Source: Octopus sinensis (Eukaryota). From it: a DNA stretch of 64,000 nt. This document shows positions 40,272 through 54,026 of this stretch, one piece after another. Location of the stretch: the NCBI RefSeq assembly GCF_006345805.1, contig NC_043005.1:68758001-68822000 (forward strand), read 5' to 3'. The stretch's first letter is position 1. Every line of letters starts with the position of its first letter. Under the pieces are notes generated by a model. The model made no database searches. It had not been told where the DNA came from and saw only the letters and a program-made list of their open reading frames with translations. The translations under genes and the position numbers were made by a program.

Positions 40272-41163
40272 CGAAGGGGTACCCAAAATACACTTTGCAA
40301 TAATATTTTATTCTCTTAGTTTTACATGTTTACACTTTTATCCCCTTGAAAGTATTCTCCATTTGAAGCAGTGTATCGGTCCAGACGCGTTTTCATCTAT
40401 TCGAAGCAGTGTTAGGACTCTTTCGAACTGATGCCTTTTAGCGACACCGCCGTTTACTTCTTTACACTTCCACATCAGCTTATTCCGTAGCGCCAGCTTT
40501 CGTCACCAGAGATAACCTCCGAAAAAAATGTCCGGGTCAACTTCTAAATCCTCTTTCAGTTCACGACGCGCATTCAGCCGTGACTGATTTTGATCTTCTG
40601 TGAGCAAGCGAGGCACACATTTTGCTGTAACTCTTTTCATTCGCAATTCCTCACTCAAAATTCGTTGAATGGAGCTCTGGGACGCCGCACACATATCAAA
40701 ACAAAAATTTTGTCAGTTACTCTGTTATGTTCCTCCAAGATCAGTTAATGAATTTTCCTGATGTTATCATTAGTTCTGTCGACGGTCTTCCTGGACGAGA
40801 TTGGTCTTCAAGTCACAAGTGACCATTCCTAACACGTCAAAACCACTAGTAAACATGTTTTGTTTATGACAGCATCCTTGTAAGCTCTTTGAAGCATAAC
40901 AACTATTTCGGCTGCACTTTTTCCCGACACTAAACAGAATTTCATAGAAGCACGTTTCTTCCTTTCAGACGTCGCAAAAATCGACGAACAAGGGAGAAGC
41001 ATTACAAAGGAAAGACGTACCAAGTGATAGTACGACTTAGCCCGACGACGCCAGATGGTAGACTGATGCATAACGGTCGCTTCAAGTCTATAGCGGTAGA
41101 AGCCTGAACTACAACAGGCTTGTGGCACAGAGAACGTTTCGTTTACTTTTGCGTACCCCTTCG
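40272..41163 (-). mobile_element. Internally deleted mariner element with TIRs
   Basis: TIRs cgaaggggtacccaaaa / ttttgcgtaccccttcg(ta). The protein reads RASMKFCLVSGKSAAEIVVMLQRAYKD and IQRILSEELRMKRVTAKCVPRLLTEDQ (WVPRxL motif). Confidence 0.9.
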
Positions 41164-42071
41164 TATGATATAGCACGTCTAACTATTGACGAAGGTTCTC
41201 TACATAATTGTTGAATTCTACATTCTACACGTCGAACCGAACTATTGTAAGCCACATTTTTAATAAGACGCTTAATTTCTAACGTATATACAACCGATCA
41301 TTTACAATTACCCATACACAAATTCCTCGCCGAAACGCAGTTCCGAGGGCTAGTGCTGTTGTGTCTACGCTTGGTTTCATTATTACTATGTAATTTTGTC
41401 CCGCGGGTATTTGTTCTACCTGTTGTTTTGATTAAATGACTCTTAATATTTCTGCTAAATAATACAAAAGGGAGTTGATTGGATGGAAACATTTGATATA
41501 TTTCATCTATTTGCATGTAGTTGAAACACTCATAATTCGATATCATGATTGACATACTACTGTATTAAAATTGGATATTTAGTGCTACCCTGCTATGTTC
41601 GAACGTGATGATGAAAGCAGACGAAAGACTACCCAGGAAAACTCTGCTTCCAATACTACAACGTTTCTGTTACCTCTTGAGTCGTGCAAACAACAATAGA
41701 TTTGTTATTGCTCCTACATATGATATAAACTATGTACTTTCTAAGGCTAATGAGAAGAAGAGGACGCACTATTTCAATATCTTAGAAAAACATAATTGCC
41801 CAACAGCTTAAAAAAAAATGTCCAACCTACGATTTTGTTTTGTTGAAGTCAGAAGAAATATTCATTAGGCAGAATGTACATAAGCATAAAAAAAGTATAG
41901 GGTCACCCATTTACGTAACACATATGATGCTTTCTAAATGCTAATAGTAACCTTGTCCTAAATGATTTACAGATATAAAATGAACTTTCACAAATATCTT
42001 TATATAAACAGCGACATTTAAGTGCATGCACACTGTTGGACACACACACACACATATGTATATATATATAT

Positions 42072-42472
42072 TGGCTGTGTGGTAAGTAGCTTGCTAACCA
42101 ACCACATGGTTCTGGGTTCAGTCCCACTGCGTGGCATCTTGGGCAAGTGTCTTCTGCTATAGCCCCGGGCCGACCAATGCCTTGTGAGTGGATTTGGTAG
42201 ACGGAAACTGAAAGAAGCCTGTCGTATATATGTATATATATATATGTGTGTGTTTGTGTGTCTGTGTTTGTCCCCCTAGCATCGCTTGACAACCGATGCT
42301 GGTGTGTTTACGTCCCCGTCACTTAGCGGTTCGGCAAAAAAGAGACCGATAGAATAAGTACTGGGCTTATAAAGAATAAGTCCCGGGGTCGAGTTGCTCG
42401 ATTAAAGGCGGTGCTCCAGCATGGCCGCAGTCAAATGACTGAAACAAGTAAAAGAGTAAAAGAGTAAAGAGT
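42072..42472 (+). mobile_element. tRNA-derived SINE family A, young copy
   Basis: A and B boxes, internal microsatellite and a GTAAAAGA-repeat tail. Very similar to the copies at 21495 and 32934. Confidence 0.95.
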
Positions 42473-44431
42473 ATATATGACATTCATACACACATACATA
42501 CAAAGATGTATGTGAATGTTACCGAATGGTAAAACTTGTTAGAACATTAGATAGAATATCATGTGTTGTATAGTCGAGTTAGTATTCCAGTGTATCACTG
42601 TAAACTTCGTGTATTCTTATGCTGTATATACATTACCAGCGAAGTAGTTGTGCCTTTCTTTTTGTATCTCACCATTTTCGTCCCTGCAACAGCTGGCCTT
42701 GCTCTGCTTCTAGGAAGTTGCCTGATACCACACAAAACCTGTAGTGATGTCAGAAAATATATAAGAAGCTAGTCACATAATCTTCTTCCACATTGTAAAT
42801 AATTTATAAACCCTATGTATATTTTCTTTTATACACTGTATGCATACGCCTTTGCTCAAGTTCTTCCGTATGTTGATTGATTTCAACATCACCTATTACA
42901 TTTTGGGATAGGTTAGCCCTTATACTTTGGTAAATTTTAATTCTTTTATGGAATCGAATTACTGCATAGATTCAAAGGGGTTTTGTATTTTGTGTTTTTA
43001 CTAATGATTAATTAATATCACATTTTATCTAATCGATGAACGTTCGTAGGGTATCAAAATATAATTGCGGTATTTCATATATTTTAAATGGTTACAATAG
43101 AAAAAATATTCCCTAATAACACTTTGTCGTTGTTCTTTTCCTTCATGCAGTATACTCTTATCATCAAAATGAAATAAATTTTTAAGTCAAGACTTACAAG
43201 GATATCTTATCTCCAGTTGTATCATTATATACGGATTTTATTTTTGCTTTTATCGGAAATCATTGATTTTCTCAGTGAATGACTTTCTTAATCTCAATAA
43301 CCACACAATTCACCTCTTTTCATTTCTCTTCTGCCTACTCAATTCCTCACTATATTAATGCAATTGATTTTATTCAAAAGTGTAAGTTCAATCTTATTGA
43401 TTTCAATAGGGATGCCAAATATTTTCGATTAACACTAGATTTTGTTTCTTTGTTTGAATGTTTCGTTATTTCTTTCAGTTGCTCATTTATCTCTCATAGT
43501 TTGAGGGCAAAACGTGAAAGATAAATGAGTCAAAATCTTGAAATCACATTGTATTTATAAACTGAAACATGATTCGATATGCGATTGCTTACAGCAGCGA
43601 CAACAGAAGTGAAATGATAATAAGATTAGATACGAGAACATTTATGGAAGTTCATGCTAAGAATAAGAAGTATCTAATTCATGTGTGTTTTGACAAAACT
43701 ATCTCGATGTCTACGTAACATATTTGTCTGCAACGGTATATCGGCTGATTGATCTTCGAATTGGAATACCAAAAGGTCATAAGGGAGAGATGTCAGTTTT
43801 ACAAATAAACTTTACAATAAATGTCTTCAGTAATTTAGGTAAATGAATAAACGACTGATGGACGCCCAACAGTCTTCAGTTCATATTCAGAAACACATTC
43901 AGATTCCAAATTCCACACAATTATGCATATGAACAAAACTTTTCCTTTACTACAAAATTCTATGTATTATAGGTACCTACAACATATATTCTCAGCTCCA
44001 TTATATCATTCTACAAAGGATATCCACAGTATCTTTACCAGAACACATACTTTCTCGCAAATTTCAAATTCTTGTTTATCATTATAATCATAGCCGAGTA
44101 CATTTGAAAACACTTTGGGGTATACACTAACATAATGAATCAATTTAGGAAGAAGGAAACTGTAGAGAATCACGTCGCATGGGTTATAAGTGTAAGCTAA
44201 AGGCCCAACCTTGTTGCACTGAGTTGCAATTACAAAATCGTGAGAAGGATATGTGCCTGAGCATATTCAGCCACTTTATACACAACCATATTTTGACACT
44301 CGTCCACTTGATTCAAAAGCCGAACATTTCAACATAAAAACCGATGTCGGAGAACATCGTATATGAGCATACAAATCGCTGAAATACAGTCGCGCTCACG
44401 CATACACACCCGCAATATCATCTATCTATCA

Positions 44432-44513
<82 letters not shown>

Positions 44514-44619
44514 GTAGGTACGTACGTACGTACCTACGTATCTACCTATTTGCCTATATATCTATATTATTATGCATCGCTTGTCACAATTGCGCTTTGC
44601 TTCACTTTAGCTTTGAAAT

Positions 44620-44815
44620 GATGCCACCTTGCCGGCTAGGCGAACATGCTATCATTTTGCCCTGATCGGAAGCTAGTCCGTCACAGTGTTGCCCATTTAC
44701 ATCTACGTGAACAAGGGCAACCAGAAATGAAGTGTAGTTTGCTTAAGAATACGACACGCTGTTCGTTTCCGATCACGCAATCGTGAGTGGAGCAGGCTAA
44801 ACACTAGGTTGCGTA
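44620..44815 (-). mobile_element. Old SINE-like fragment (possible third family)
   Basis: The minus strand has cctagtgtttag (A-box-like) and gtattcttaagcaaactacacttcatttc, resembling a CORE-type SINE segment. Confidence 0.4.
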
Positions 44816-44872
44816 GCATATCATTACACACGCACACTCACATACACGCGCGCACACACATAAACAAATGTT

Positions 44873-44940
<68 letters not shown>

Positions 44941-45119
44941 TATCTAAATATTAATGTATGTTTTTAAGTTTAGAAATGAAAAAAAAAATTACACTAATCT
45001 GATGGGTTACTCTATACTTTTTTTAGAGTACAAATCTATTCTTCTTAAAAGAGAATGATGTTGACAGTGACTTCGAATTTTCAGTCAGATAAGTCATCAT
45101 GTTGATTAAGAGTAATAAT

Positions 45120-45547
45120 CTTTTGTACTCAAGGTACAAGTCATGAAATTTGGGGGAGGGTGATAGTCGATTATATCAACACCAGTACAACATTGGTACT
45201 TAAATCATCGACTCCGAAAAGGTAAAATGCTAAGTCGACCCCGGCGGAATTTGATATCAAAAAGTAGCGATCTGTGAAATACTGCTAAATATTTCGTCCA
45301 ATATGCTAATAATTCTTATTTCTTTATTGCCCAGAAGGGGCTAAACACAGAGGGGACAAACAAGGACAGACAAACTGATTAAGTCGATTAGAACGACCTC
45401 AGTGCGTAACTGGTACTTAATTTATCGACGCCGAAAGTATTTAAGGCAAAGTCGACCTCGGCGGAATTTGAACTCAGAACGTAACGGTAGACAAAATACC
45501 GCTAGGCATTTAGAATATTAGAGTGCTAACAATTCTGCCAGTTCATC
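45120..45547 (-). mobile_element. Two adjacent SINE family B copies (45120-45310 and 45315-45547)
   Basis: Both contain aagtcgacc.cggcggaatttga (B-box complement) and ggtacttaa...tcgac. Their tails differ. Confidence 0.85.
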
Positions 45548-45614
45548 AATGATAATAATGATAGTAACGAGAACAACAATAACAAAGACAACAACAATAT
45601 CATTAATAATAGGT

Positions 45615-46081
45615 ATAAAAGATGGGCTACAGCAAATATTCTGCTCAATACCACAGATTTGCTTGTCAGTTGTTTGACCTTAACCGGTTGAGCATGTCCC
45701 TTAGTGGCTGACAATATATGCATCTCTGATCACGAGCAGAAGTAGTGGGGGAGCATCATAGCCATGTATTGAGAGGGATTCTTTGGGGTTTGAATAATTC
45801 ACCTCTGGAAACATGGGTGGTTCTTTCAACATCCTTAAACAACCCTTACTCAGGGACCTTTTGAGCGGGATGGGCTACTCAACCTGAAGAAAATTCTAAC
45901 TGGGCCCCACCTGCAAGGTCATGTGCTGTTTATCTTGATATGAGATCACCATGTCGCGCACATATGGTTGTGATGCATGTGCCTGGTGTACCCTTATCAG
46001 ACGGGTAGTCATGATGGGTATATTGGGCTTCGTATATTTTACCCCAGTGTCACTTTGATGGCATGAACTGCTCTCTCACTC
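45615..46081 (+). mobile_element. Probable 3' end of a non-LTR retroelement running into (TAA)n
   Basis: A higher-GC, non-microsatellite block that ends abruptly in ...ctctctcactc(ATA)n and is preceded by aataat. I recall it as a common Octopus repeat. The class is inferred. Confidence 0.55.
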
Positions 46082-46093
46082 ATAATAATAATA

Positions 46094-46147
<54 letters not shown>

Positions 46148-46155
46148 TAATAATG

Positions 46156-46211
<56 letters not shown>
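46082..46211. repeat. (TAA)n microsatellite
   Basis: Directly visible. Confidence 0.97.
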
Positions 46212-46212
<1 letters not shown>

Positions 46213-48296
46213 TATGAATACTCACACACACACTCATATATATACGACTACATGTGTCTGTGTATATATGCATCTATGCGTGTACGTATGTATTCACGTA
46301 TATATGTATGTATGTACGTATGTACGTGTGTATATAAGTATGCATGTATGCATATATGTATGTATAACGAACATCCAAGAAAGTGAAGAGATCAATTCAC
46401 AATCAATATTAATTAGAATGACATCCTGGGAAAACTGAAAAAAAGCTACTTTCTTTAATACTTAATAATTGTCATTCTGCTGATAATGGAAATTGAGGAG
46501 AAACTGGAATAAGAAAAAGCAAAAAGTGTAATTACTGTGAAAAATGCTCAGAGTGATGGTCTCTATACAGGCAACTACACACATATTTACGCAGAGAGAA
46601 ACGCATTATGTGTATACTTATGGTCTGCGGAAGGAAGAAGGGGTGTCTTCTTATGGACATATTTTAGTTTTCATCACTGCTCCTTAGAGAAAATGTATAC
46701 TCCATCCTATCCCTCCCCGACTACATAGATAACTTACTAGTTGACTTATGGTAGTCTACACATTTGGTAGTAAATGGAATTTGAATATATTCGCTTGTCA
46801 CATCTCGTCATTAATTACATAATTTTTATTTATAATCATGACAACATAAATGAGAAGAAACGAATTTAAGAGCAAATATATAATGCCTCCATGTCACTAA
46901 TATCAGAATGTAAACACATTCATACTACGTTACTTTTAGCAGCAAAAATAGAGGAAGCATCTGAACTATGCTATTAATAAGAGATGGAATCTGTAAACAA
47001 TTCGTAAAAGGGTGTGACAGGTGTTTCCTCTCCACATTCTTTTACTGTGCATCATATTATAGAATGATTTTGCATAGAGTATCATTTAACCCGCGGTCAT
47101 CTTAATCTATATGATTACGTAATTGAGTATGTTACGATGAGCTTCCAAAATTAAAAATATACAATATTGGGCTATATAAACTTTGTAGACTATCGGTTTG
47201 CTGAATGAGGAAGGAAACCTGATACGTCTAACCTGATGAGGTAACAATACATCGGGAACGTACGTCCAGCGGTTTCGTCTGTCTTCTTCCCGCATATAAG
47301 TGGTATAGAAAAAAATGCGCTTAGACTCTTACTTAGTCCGCAAGCAGATTATATAATTAATTTTGTTTCCATTTCTCTCCTGTCCTGTGTTTGCGTGCGT
47401 GTACGCTCAACTGAATTTAATAGCAAAAGCTTTAGATAAATAGATAGACAAGCAGACAGCCAGATAAACACAGACAAGTGCAAATTCGAAGAAATGTTCA
47501 TATATATATAATGATGTGTGTGTGTGTGTGTGTGTTTGTGTGTATCAGGTCTGTGTGTGTGTGTTTGTGTGTATCAGGTCTTTAGTTTCGACCGGGATCC
47601 TATATTTTTTTTCCTTTTTATTATTTTCATGAACAAAAACAGGTTTCTTCGATTTGCTTGAGGACATCATAAAACAACTTGTCAAATATACTGAACGTAA
47701 ATATCATCTGAGCTTTCAAATGAGACGTAATACAAATTAGTCCACTCAGATTTGTCGTGGAGCGTGTTAAAACAGGCTACACAGGAGCAAACAACAAAAA
47801 GAGAAGCAGCTGAGAGATAAGAGAAATGAGAACGTAGATGAACGTTCATATGTACTAATTACAATCAGCTGGAGTGGCATAATTCGTATAACCTAAGGAT
47901 TTCACTATAGCCGGTGACTTTCATATACTCTATTCAAATTTTCTGCCTTCATTTCCCACTATTACAATCCCTCATCTGCGCTAATCTAAAGAAATTGCAC
48001 GACCAAGGCCTTACTATTAAAAGATATGATAATGAAGAGTCGAAGACGTGAGATAATTGATAAGGAATACGTGATGGTCACATCACGTATTTCTTATAAT
48101 AAAAGGTACATGTACACATGCGAATCTACAAAAGTAGATGTCTTTCTGTGAATATGCGTACCCAGGCACTTGACTACTGTTTCCATCTCTCTTCTCTTAC
48201 TCAGTTTCTCCATTCAGGATTTCGCTGGTGGGTAACATACGTTACTCACTTGCTGACTGTCATTCTGTCAATCTCTCTCCCCGCTCTCTCACTATA

Positions 48297-48344
<48 letters not shown>

Positions 48345-48599
48345 ATGTGTGTGTGTGTGTGTGTTTGTGTGTGTATGTGTATGTGTGTGTGTGTGTGTCT
48401 CTGTGTGTGTGTGTCTGGTTGTAAGAATTTGAATGTCTTTTCGTTTGTGTAAGAGTGTGTCTGTAAGAGTTTTGTGTGTATAGGGAATAGAAATTGTATG
48501 CATTGGGTTGTTAGATAATTTCTTTCCCTTTTTAACATGTATATATTAATCCTTATATTTCACCAACAATCTAAACAAATGGAACCTTAATATATTCTC

Positions 48600-49480
48600 C
48601 TTCATTTTCCGTGACTTCTTGCCAACGTTTGACATGAGATATTGCATTCTGACATTAGAAATTTCGGTATTTGAGTGGCAGGATTTACCAAACAAGATAT
48701 TAAACTCAACGTAGCTGTTGAACGAAACTCCTTGCCGAATCTTTGGGAGCGAACAAAGAAATTGATTATCTAAATATTTTACACTAGGAAAATAATGATC
48801 TCCCCGAACTAGCGCTTTAATAGCGTTTTTATTTTGTTCAAATTAGTGACTTAAGGGCAAGAGTTCTCGTGTTGAAGCGTGCTCTGTTGTCGGTCGAGTC
48901 GTTTCAGCTCGTGCATTTCATGAGTATAAATATCTGCATTGACAATGTGGCTGTTTCCAAATCTCCTCAATTTCACTAAACCCAGCTCATTGCCTTGTGT
49001 GAATGCAGCTTGCTCTTGGCTTGAGATGTTGCTTGCCTGTATGGTAGCAGCCATTCATTCCCCTGTTTCACGTAGGCCCAAAGCCACCATTTTCATTACC
49101 GGATGATATGCAGTAAAGAAATCTCTCCTCGTTTATTCAGAGCATAGGACACCCACAAACAGCTAAGTTTTTAGCTTCCCATCAAATGACGATTACGGGA
49201 CACAGTTTCATGAAAGCATTCTATCTGTTGTGCCAATTGTCTAGTAGTCTGGCGAGGTTCATCGTGGATGAGTTCGTTCAATCGATTCCCATTGGAATGA
49301 ACAGATGAGCCAAGATGTATACAATCTATGTGGTCGCATTGTCCTTCTTTAAATTGAGAAAACAATTTCTGTACAGTTTTAAGGTAATAGCTCCAACTCT
49401 AGAATCTTGATTTGACAACTCTAGAATCTTGATTGAAAGCAAAAAAGAAAAAAAAATGGAGTCCAAAATGCTCTTTAATA
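48600..49480 (-). mobile_element. Decayed mariner element
   Basis: FSQFKEG...RLNELIHDEPRQTTRQLAQQIECFHETVSRNRHLMG (HTH) and TLQHENSCP (LQHDNAxP motif). Confidence 0.75.
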
Positions 49481-49774
49481 TACATAGAAGCCCATCATAA
49501 TATATCTGTATAGGCGTAAAATTAACTAAAATTCCAGAACTGGTAAAAAGGATTATAGCGGGTGAATAGAGTTACAAAACATTGGGAAAATCAAGTTGTC
49601 CTGATAATTCAAATAACATTGGACAGAACCAACAAATTATCTCACAACACCATACAGGTCTTATTTTAATAATTATTTCATGATTAATGATTGCTTTGGT
49701 CCTTTGGTAGAACTTTTCTAATCCCTACAGTAGAAGTGAGTTCGAGTTCCACGAGAAGTCTTCCATCGCATCTA

Positions 49775-49990
49775 AGGCAGTAAGTTGACGGAATCGTTAG
49801 TATGCCGGGTAAAATGCTTAGCGATATTTCATCCGTCTGGACGCCCTGATTTCGAAGACCACCAAGGTCCACTTTGTCTTTCATCTTTTCGAGGATCGTT
49901 CAAATAAGTACCAGTTCAGTTCTGGGATCGATGTAACTGATTTAGCTCCTATCCCTGAAACTTCCGGTCATGTGCCATGATTTGAAGCTA
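49775..49990 (+). mobile_element. SINE family B
   Basis: gaatcgttagtatgccggg...aaatgcttagcgatatttc...actttgtctttcatc...aaataagtaccagtt. Confidence 0.8.
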
Positions 49991-51714
49991 ATAATTATTT
50001 CACATGTATTGTTTTATGTCTTCAGTGTTCGTAAAACTCTAACTCACCACCCTCTATATGCAGTATCATGTCTCATTTTCGTTATCTCAATTTTCATGTA
50101 ACTTAGCAACACTAAACGTCATTCTAAGCCTCCTTTTTACACTTCCTATTTCTGGGAGCCCTTCTGATTAATAAAGAATACTATCATTGTTTTTGCAAGG
50201 TAATCAGAAATACGTATGTTTTTTGGTCCTTATGCGATGATAACGTGTTGGTAGGCACAACAAATGGTTCTCCGTAAAGAATCAGCAAAAACGCCATAAC
50301 ACTTTTTAATAATTCATGTATATTTTCTTATTTTCTGAGTGGAATTAACGAAACCTGACGTTATAGTTTATATTCTGTTATAGTAAATTCTTTTATTACT
50401 ATTTTAAATTTAATTTTAAGCTACAATAAAATACTCTATCGTTTCCAATTTCTGATCTGCTTTTCACCTAAGTGCAAAGTGTTACATTTTATTAATTGTC
50501 TGCTTTGCTGTGTTATTTTAATCCAGACTGATTAATTGGAGACTTTTATTGGAAGCAGGTGTAAGCCATTTTGTCACCATTTTTTCTGATTATCTTTTCA
50601 ATGATAATATTTTTTAAAGTGCTTATCATTATAACAGCTTTCACCTTAGTCGCACTTACATATATGTTTCATTTCATATTCAGAGAAAAGAAGTTATTAC
50701 ACTCGTTTATATTTTATGTTGTATTAGTTTTTCCCCAATTATTTTACAATATATATTTGAGTAATATTTTCTTTCACTGTTCGAGTTGATGATGTTTTTG
50801 TTTTATATGTTGTTATTGCTGTTGTTCTTGATGCTTTTGTTGATGTTCATCCTCTTCTTCCTTTTCTTTTTCTTGTTGTTGTTAGCACTTCTAAGGTATT
50901 TGTCATGCAATGCCTTACTTTTCCATCTATTTCGCAACTCACAGCTTCCATTTGATTCCATTGGTGCTTAAAATTATAGTAATGCCAACAACTGGAATGA
51001 AACTGCTTTGACTCTTATCAAATAACGAAACTGGATGCAAATGTAACTCACAGTGCAGTACCTTTAACTGTATTAATATATATATTTAGTATCATCCTGC
51101 CAATGTGCTAATTCGGGCATTAATTCTAAAGAGATCGCTCTGCTATTCATTTCCCCACTGAGTGAAATGACAGTATGATCTAACAAATGACTTACTTGCA
51201 ACAATCACCTGAAAAAGCACATACATGATAGTGATCACACATTATATCATCCCACCAATGTTCTATGAGTGTAAAACTGTCAAAACAATTGTAGTGATTT
51301 TAAATAATGAATGTCTTTCTATTCATTTCCTATCATTTATCTATTTACATAAACTTTATGTACACACACACACATACACACACACATGCATACACTAACA
51401 CATAGACACACACACGCACACACACACACATATATATATATATGTATATATATATGCATACATATACTGACACATACAAACACAGACTCACATATTCAAT
51501 CAAATTATTCAACAAGTGGAACAGATTTGTGTCCAAGAAAATACCCGCTGAGAAAGACTGCCAAGAAACACGTGTTTATGAATCTAAAATGTTTACTTAA
51601 GATCCGTGCCATCGACTCTATTCCTCATTTGTATTATACCTCACTGCAGTACCTAAGCAACATTCTATTTCTTCAATCCGAACCTTACAAATATTTTTCT
51701 ATATAAAAAATATC

Positions 51715-52000
51715 GAATGGAGGAAAGATAAAATAGGTGTAATTTGTATTCAAAATGTAAAGATGACAAGATGTCGCTAAGCATTTTGCCCGGCCTGGTA
51801 AGATTCTGCCGTGTCGCCGTCTTAGTAGCAGGATAATAAGGATTTCCAAGTTTGGCACAATGGCAGAAATTTTTGCATTTATTTTATGGACCAGAACTTG
51901 CGAAGTCAGCCTGGGCAGAATTTGGACGCAAAACGTAAAACCGGACGAAATGCAGTCAAGCAAATTTGCTCGGTGTGCTAACTATTCTGTCATCTCGCCG
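51715..52000 (-). mobile_element. Two SINE family B fragments
   Basis: cgctaagcattttgcccggc...ctaagattctgcc and aagtcagcctgggcagaattt...gctaactattctgtcatctcgcc. Confidence 0.65.
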
Positions 52001-52359
52001 GCTTTAGTAGAAGAACAATATGATCATGACATCGGTTTCTTCCATAAGGATTAAAGTTTTCAATATAACAATGGCCTCTTTAGCTTTATATGTTTACATA
52101 TTTGCCACTGTTACCTCGAAAAAGGTAGATCCCATTCAATAATCGTGGAACGTATACGATATGCTACAAACGAATATACAAAAATGTGCTGCTCTAAAAT
52201 GTTTACAATAATGAGTTGTTCACAGTGTCATACACAAACATGCAGGTTAGACAATGGGAAGTTCAAATTTCCGATATTCAAGCATATATATTTTGAGGCA
52301 TACTTATATGTATATACACACATATGGCTAACGTGTGTGTATGCCTTTCTACCCATCTG

Positions 52360-52407
52360 ACTGTCTGTCTGTCTATGTATGTATGTACATATCTATCTAT
52401 CTCTCTG

Positions 52408-52492
<85 letters not shown>

Positions 52493-52558
52493 TTATCTAT
52501 CTACCTATCTATCTCTCAGTCTATCTATCTACCTGTTTGCCTGTCTCTCTAGTTATCT

Positions 52559-52594
<36 letters not shown>

Positions 52595-52727
52595 CAAATA
52601 TATATATGTATTTATAAACATACGTATGCAGAAAGAAAGAGAGAGGGCGAGAAAGAGGGGAGGGAAAGAGAGGGGCAAGAAGGTGTGGCGGGGTAAGGGA
52701 AAGAGAAAAAGGGAGAGACAGAGATAA

Positions 52728-52796
<69 letters not shown>

Positions 52797-52830
52797 CAGA
52801 CATATATATAGAAAGAGAGAGAGAGTGAGA
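52360..52830. repeat. (TCTA)n, (TA)n, GA-rich and (GATA)n microsatellites
   Basis: Directly visible. The (TCTA)n and (TAGA)n tracts are mutually complementary. Confidence 0.95.
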
Positions 52831-53100
52831 GAGAGCATCTTCATCTGTTTAATATGTGCCATGTTGCCATTGCCAATCGCAAGCCAAGGATTTATCCATA
52901 TAGAAAGACTGACGGAAAAATCACTCCTGTCCGCAATAAGCAACTCGATTGAATTAACATCACATAGGTGGAAAAGACACAAGCTATATACTTCAGCATT
53001 TGTCTGGAGAAATTATCGAGAATACTGTGTTTATTTACTTACCTCGTCAAAACAAACAGAGATACACAAGCATATGAATTTTCTTTATATTTGTGAATTA

Positions 53101-53240
53101 AGGGGCCGGTATGGCTGTGTGATTTGGTTTCCAACCAGAAGGTTTCGAGTTCCATCTCGCTGTATGGCATTTTAGGTGAGTGTCTTCTACTATAGCCTCA
53201 GGATGACCAAAGACTAGTGAGTGAATCTGAAGTGAGCCCC
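53101..53240 (+). mobile_element. SINE family A 5' fragment
   Basis: tggctgtgtg...gagttccatctcgctg...gtgtcttctactatagcctc. Confidence 0.65.
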
Positions 53241-53443
53241 GCGAGAATGTGAATACATGCGCGCGCACACAGCAGACGCAACAGAGAAATACAATGGCCA
53301 TGAGCTTCGGGCGTTGGCAATTATCAAAGGATAACGCACGAAACATTCGGCCCTTGAGTCATTCTGTTGCTTCAGTTAAATATTAATAAATTATTTACGT
53401 TATTTACAATTGACTGATATTTGCCTCATCTTGCTTGCTGTTA

Positions 53444-53487
53444 ACACAACGCTTCGGCTGATATACTATCCGGCCTTCATGAGGTAT
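53444..53487 (-). ncRNA. Degenerate hammerhead ribozyme in a PLE-type repeat (~53385-53535)
   Basis: AUAC CUCAUGA A GGCCG...CAGCC GAAGC GUU GUGU. The stems are largely retained, with two core substitutions. Confidence 0.55.
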
Positions 53488-53549
53488 CTTGGGGAAATTT
53501 CGAACATGGGTTCTCATTCCTAAGTTAATTTTCGATGTTGTTGTTGTTG

Positions 53550-53647
<98 letters not shown>

Positions 53648-53677
53648 TCACTGCTTGGTATCGAACTCGGAATTTTT

Positions 53678-53709
<32 letters not shown>

Positions 53710-53961
53710 TTTTTTTTTTAAATTAACAATTGAGGATAAAATCTTTAAAAGAAATTATCAGTAGTCAGCGTGAAAAACCTCGTAAGAGAAAAAATCTGTA
53801 AATTCTTCCTCTTTGAAAATATTCATTTATATTATATTGAGGGAACTACTATTCGTAGATACCAACACGCTAAGAGGGACCAATGCGGTCAAAACTACTA
53901 AAAATAAACAAAATTTTACCGAATGCAAAACTTCAAAACACATATTTTAAAAAATAATTCA

Positions 53962-54026
53962 GTTACATATCACATGTGATTTCGCATTTAAATGCAGAAT
54001 ATGCATTTTATGTTCATCAGTGCAAC
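53962..54026 (-). ncRNA. Type I hammerhead ribozyme, intact core
   Basis: GUUGCA CUGAUGA A CAU A AAAUGCA UAUUC UGCAUUU AA AUG C GAA AUCACAUGUGAU A UGUAAC. 6-bp stem I, long stem II, perfectly palindromic stem III and an AUA cleavage triplet. Confidence 0.85.
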
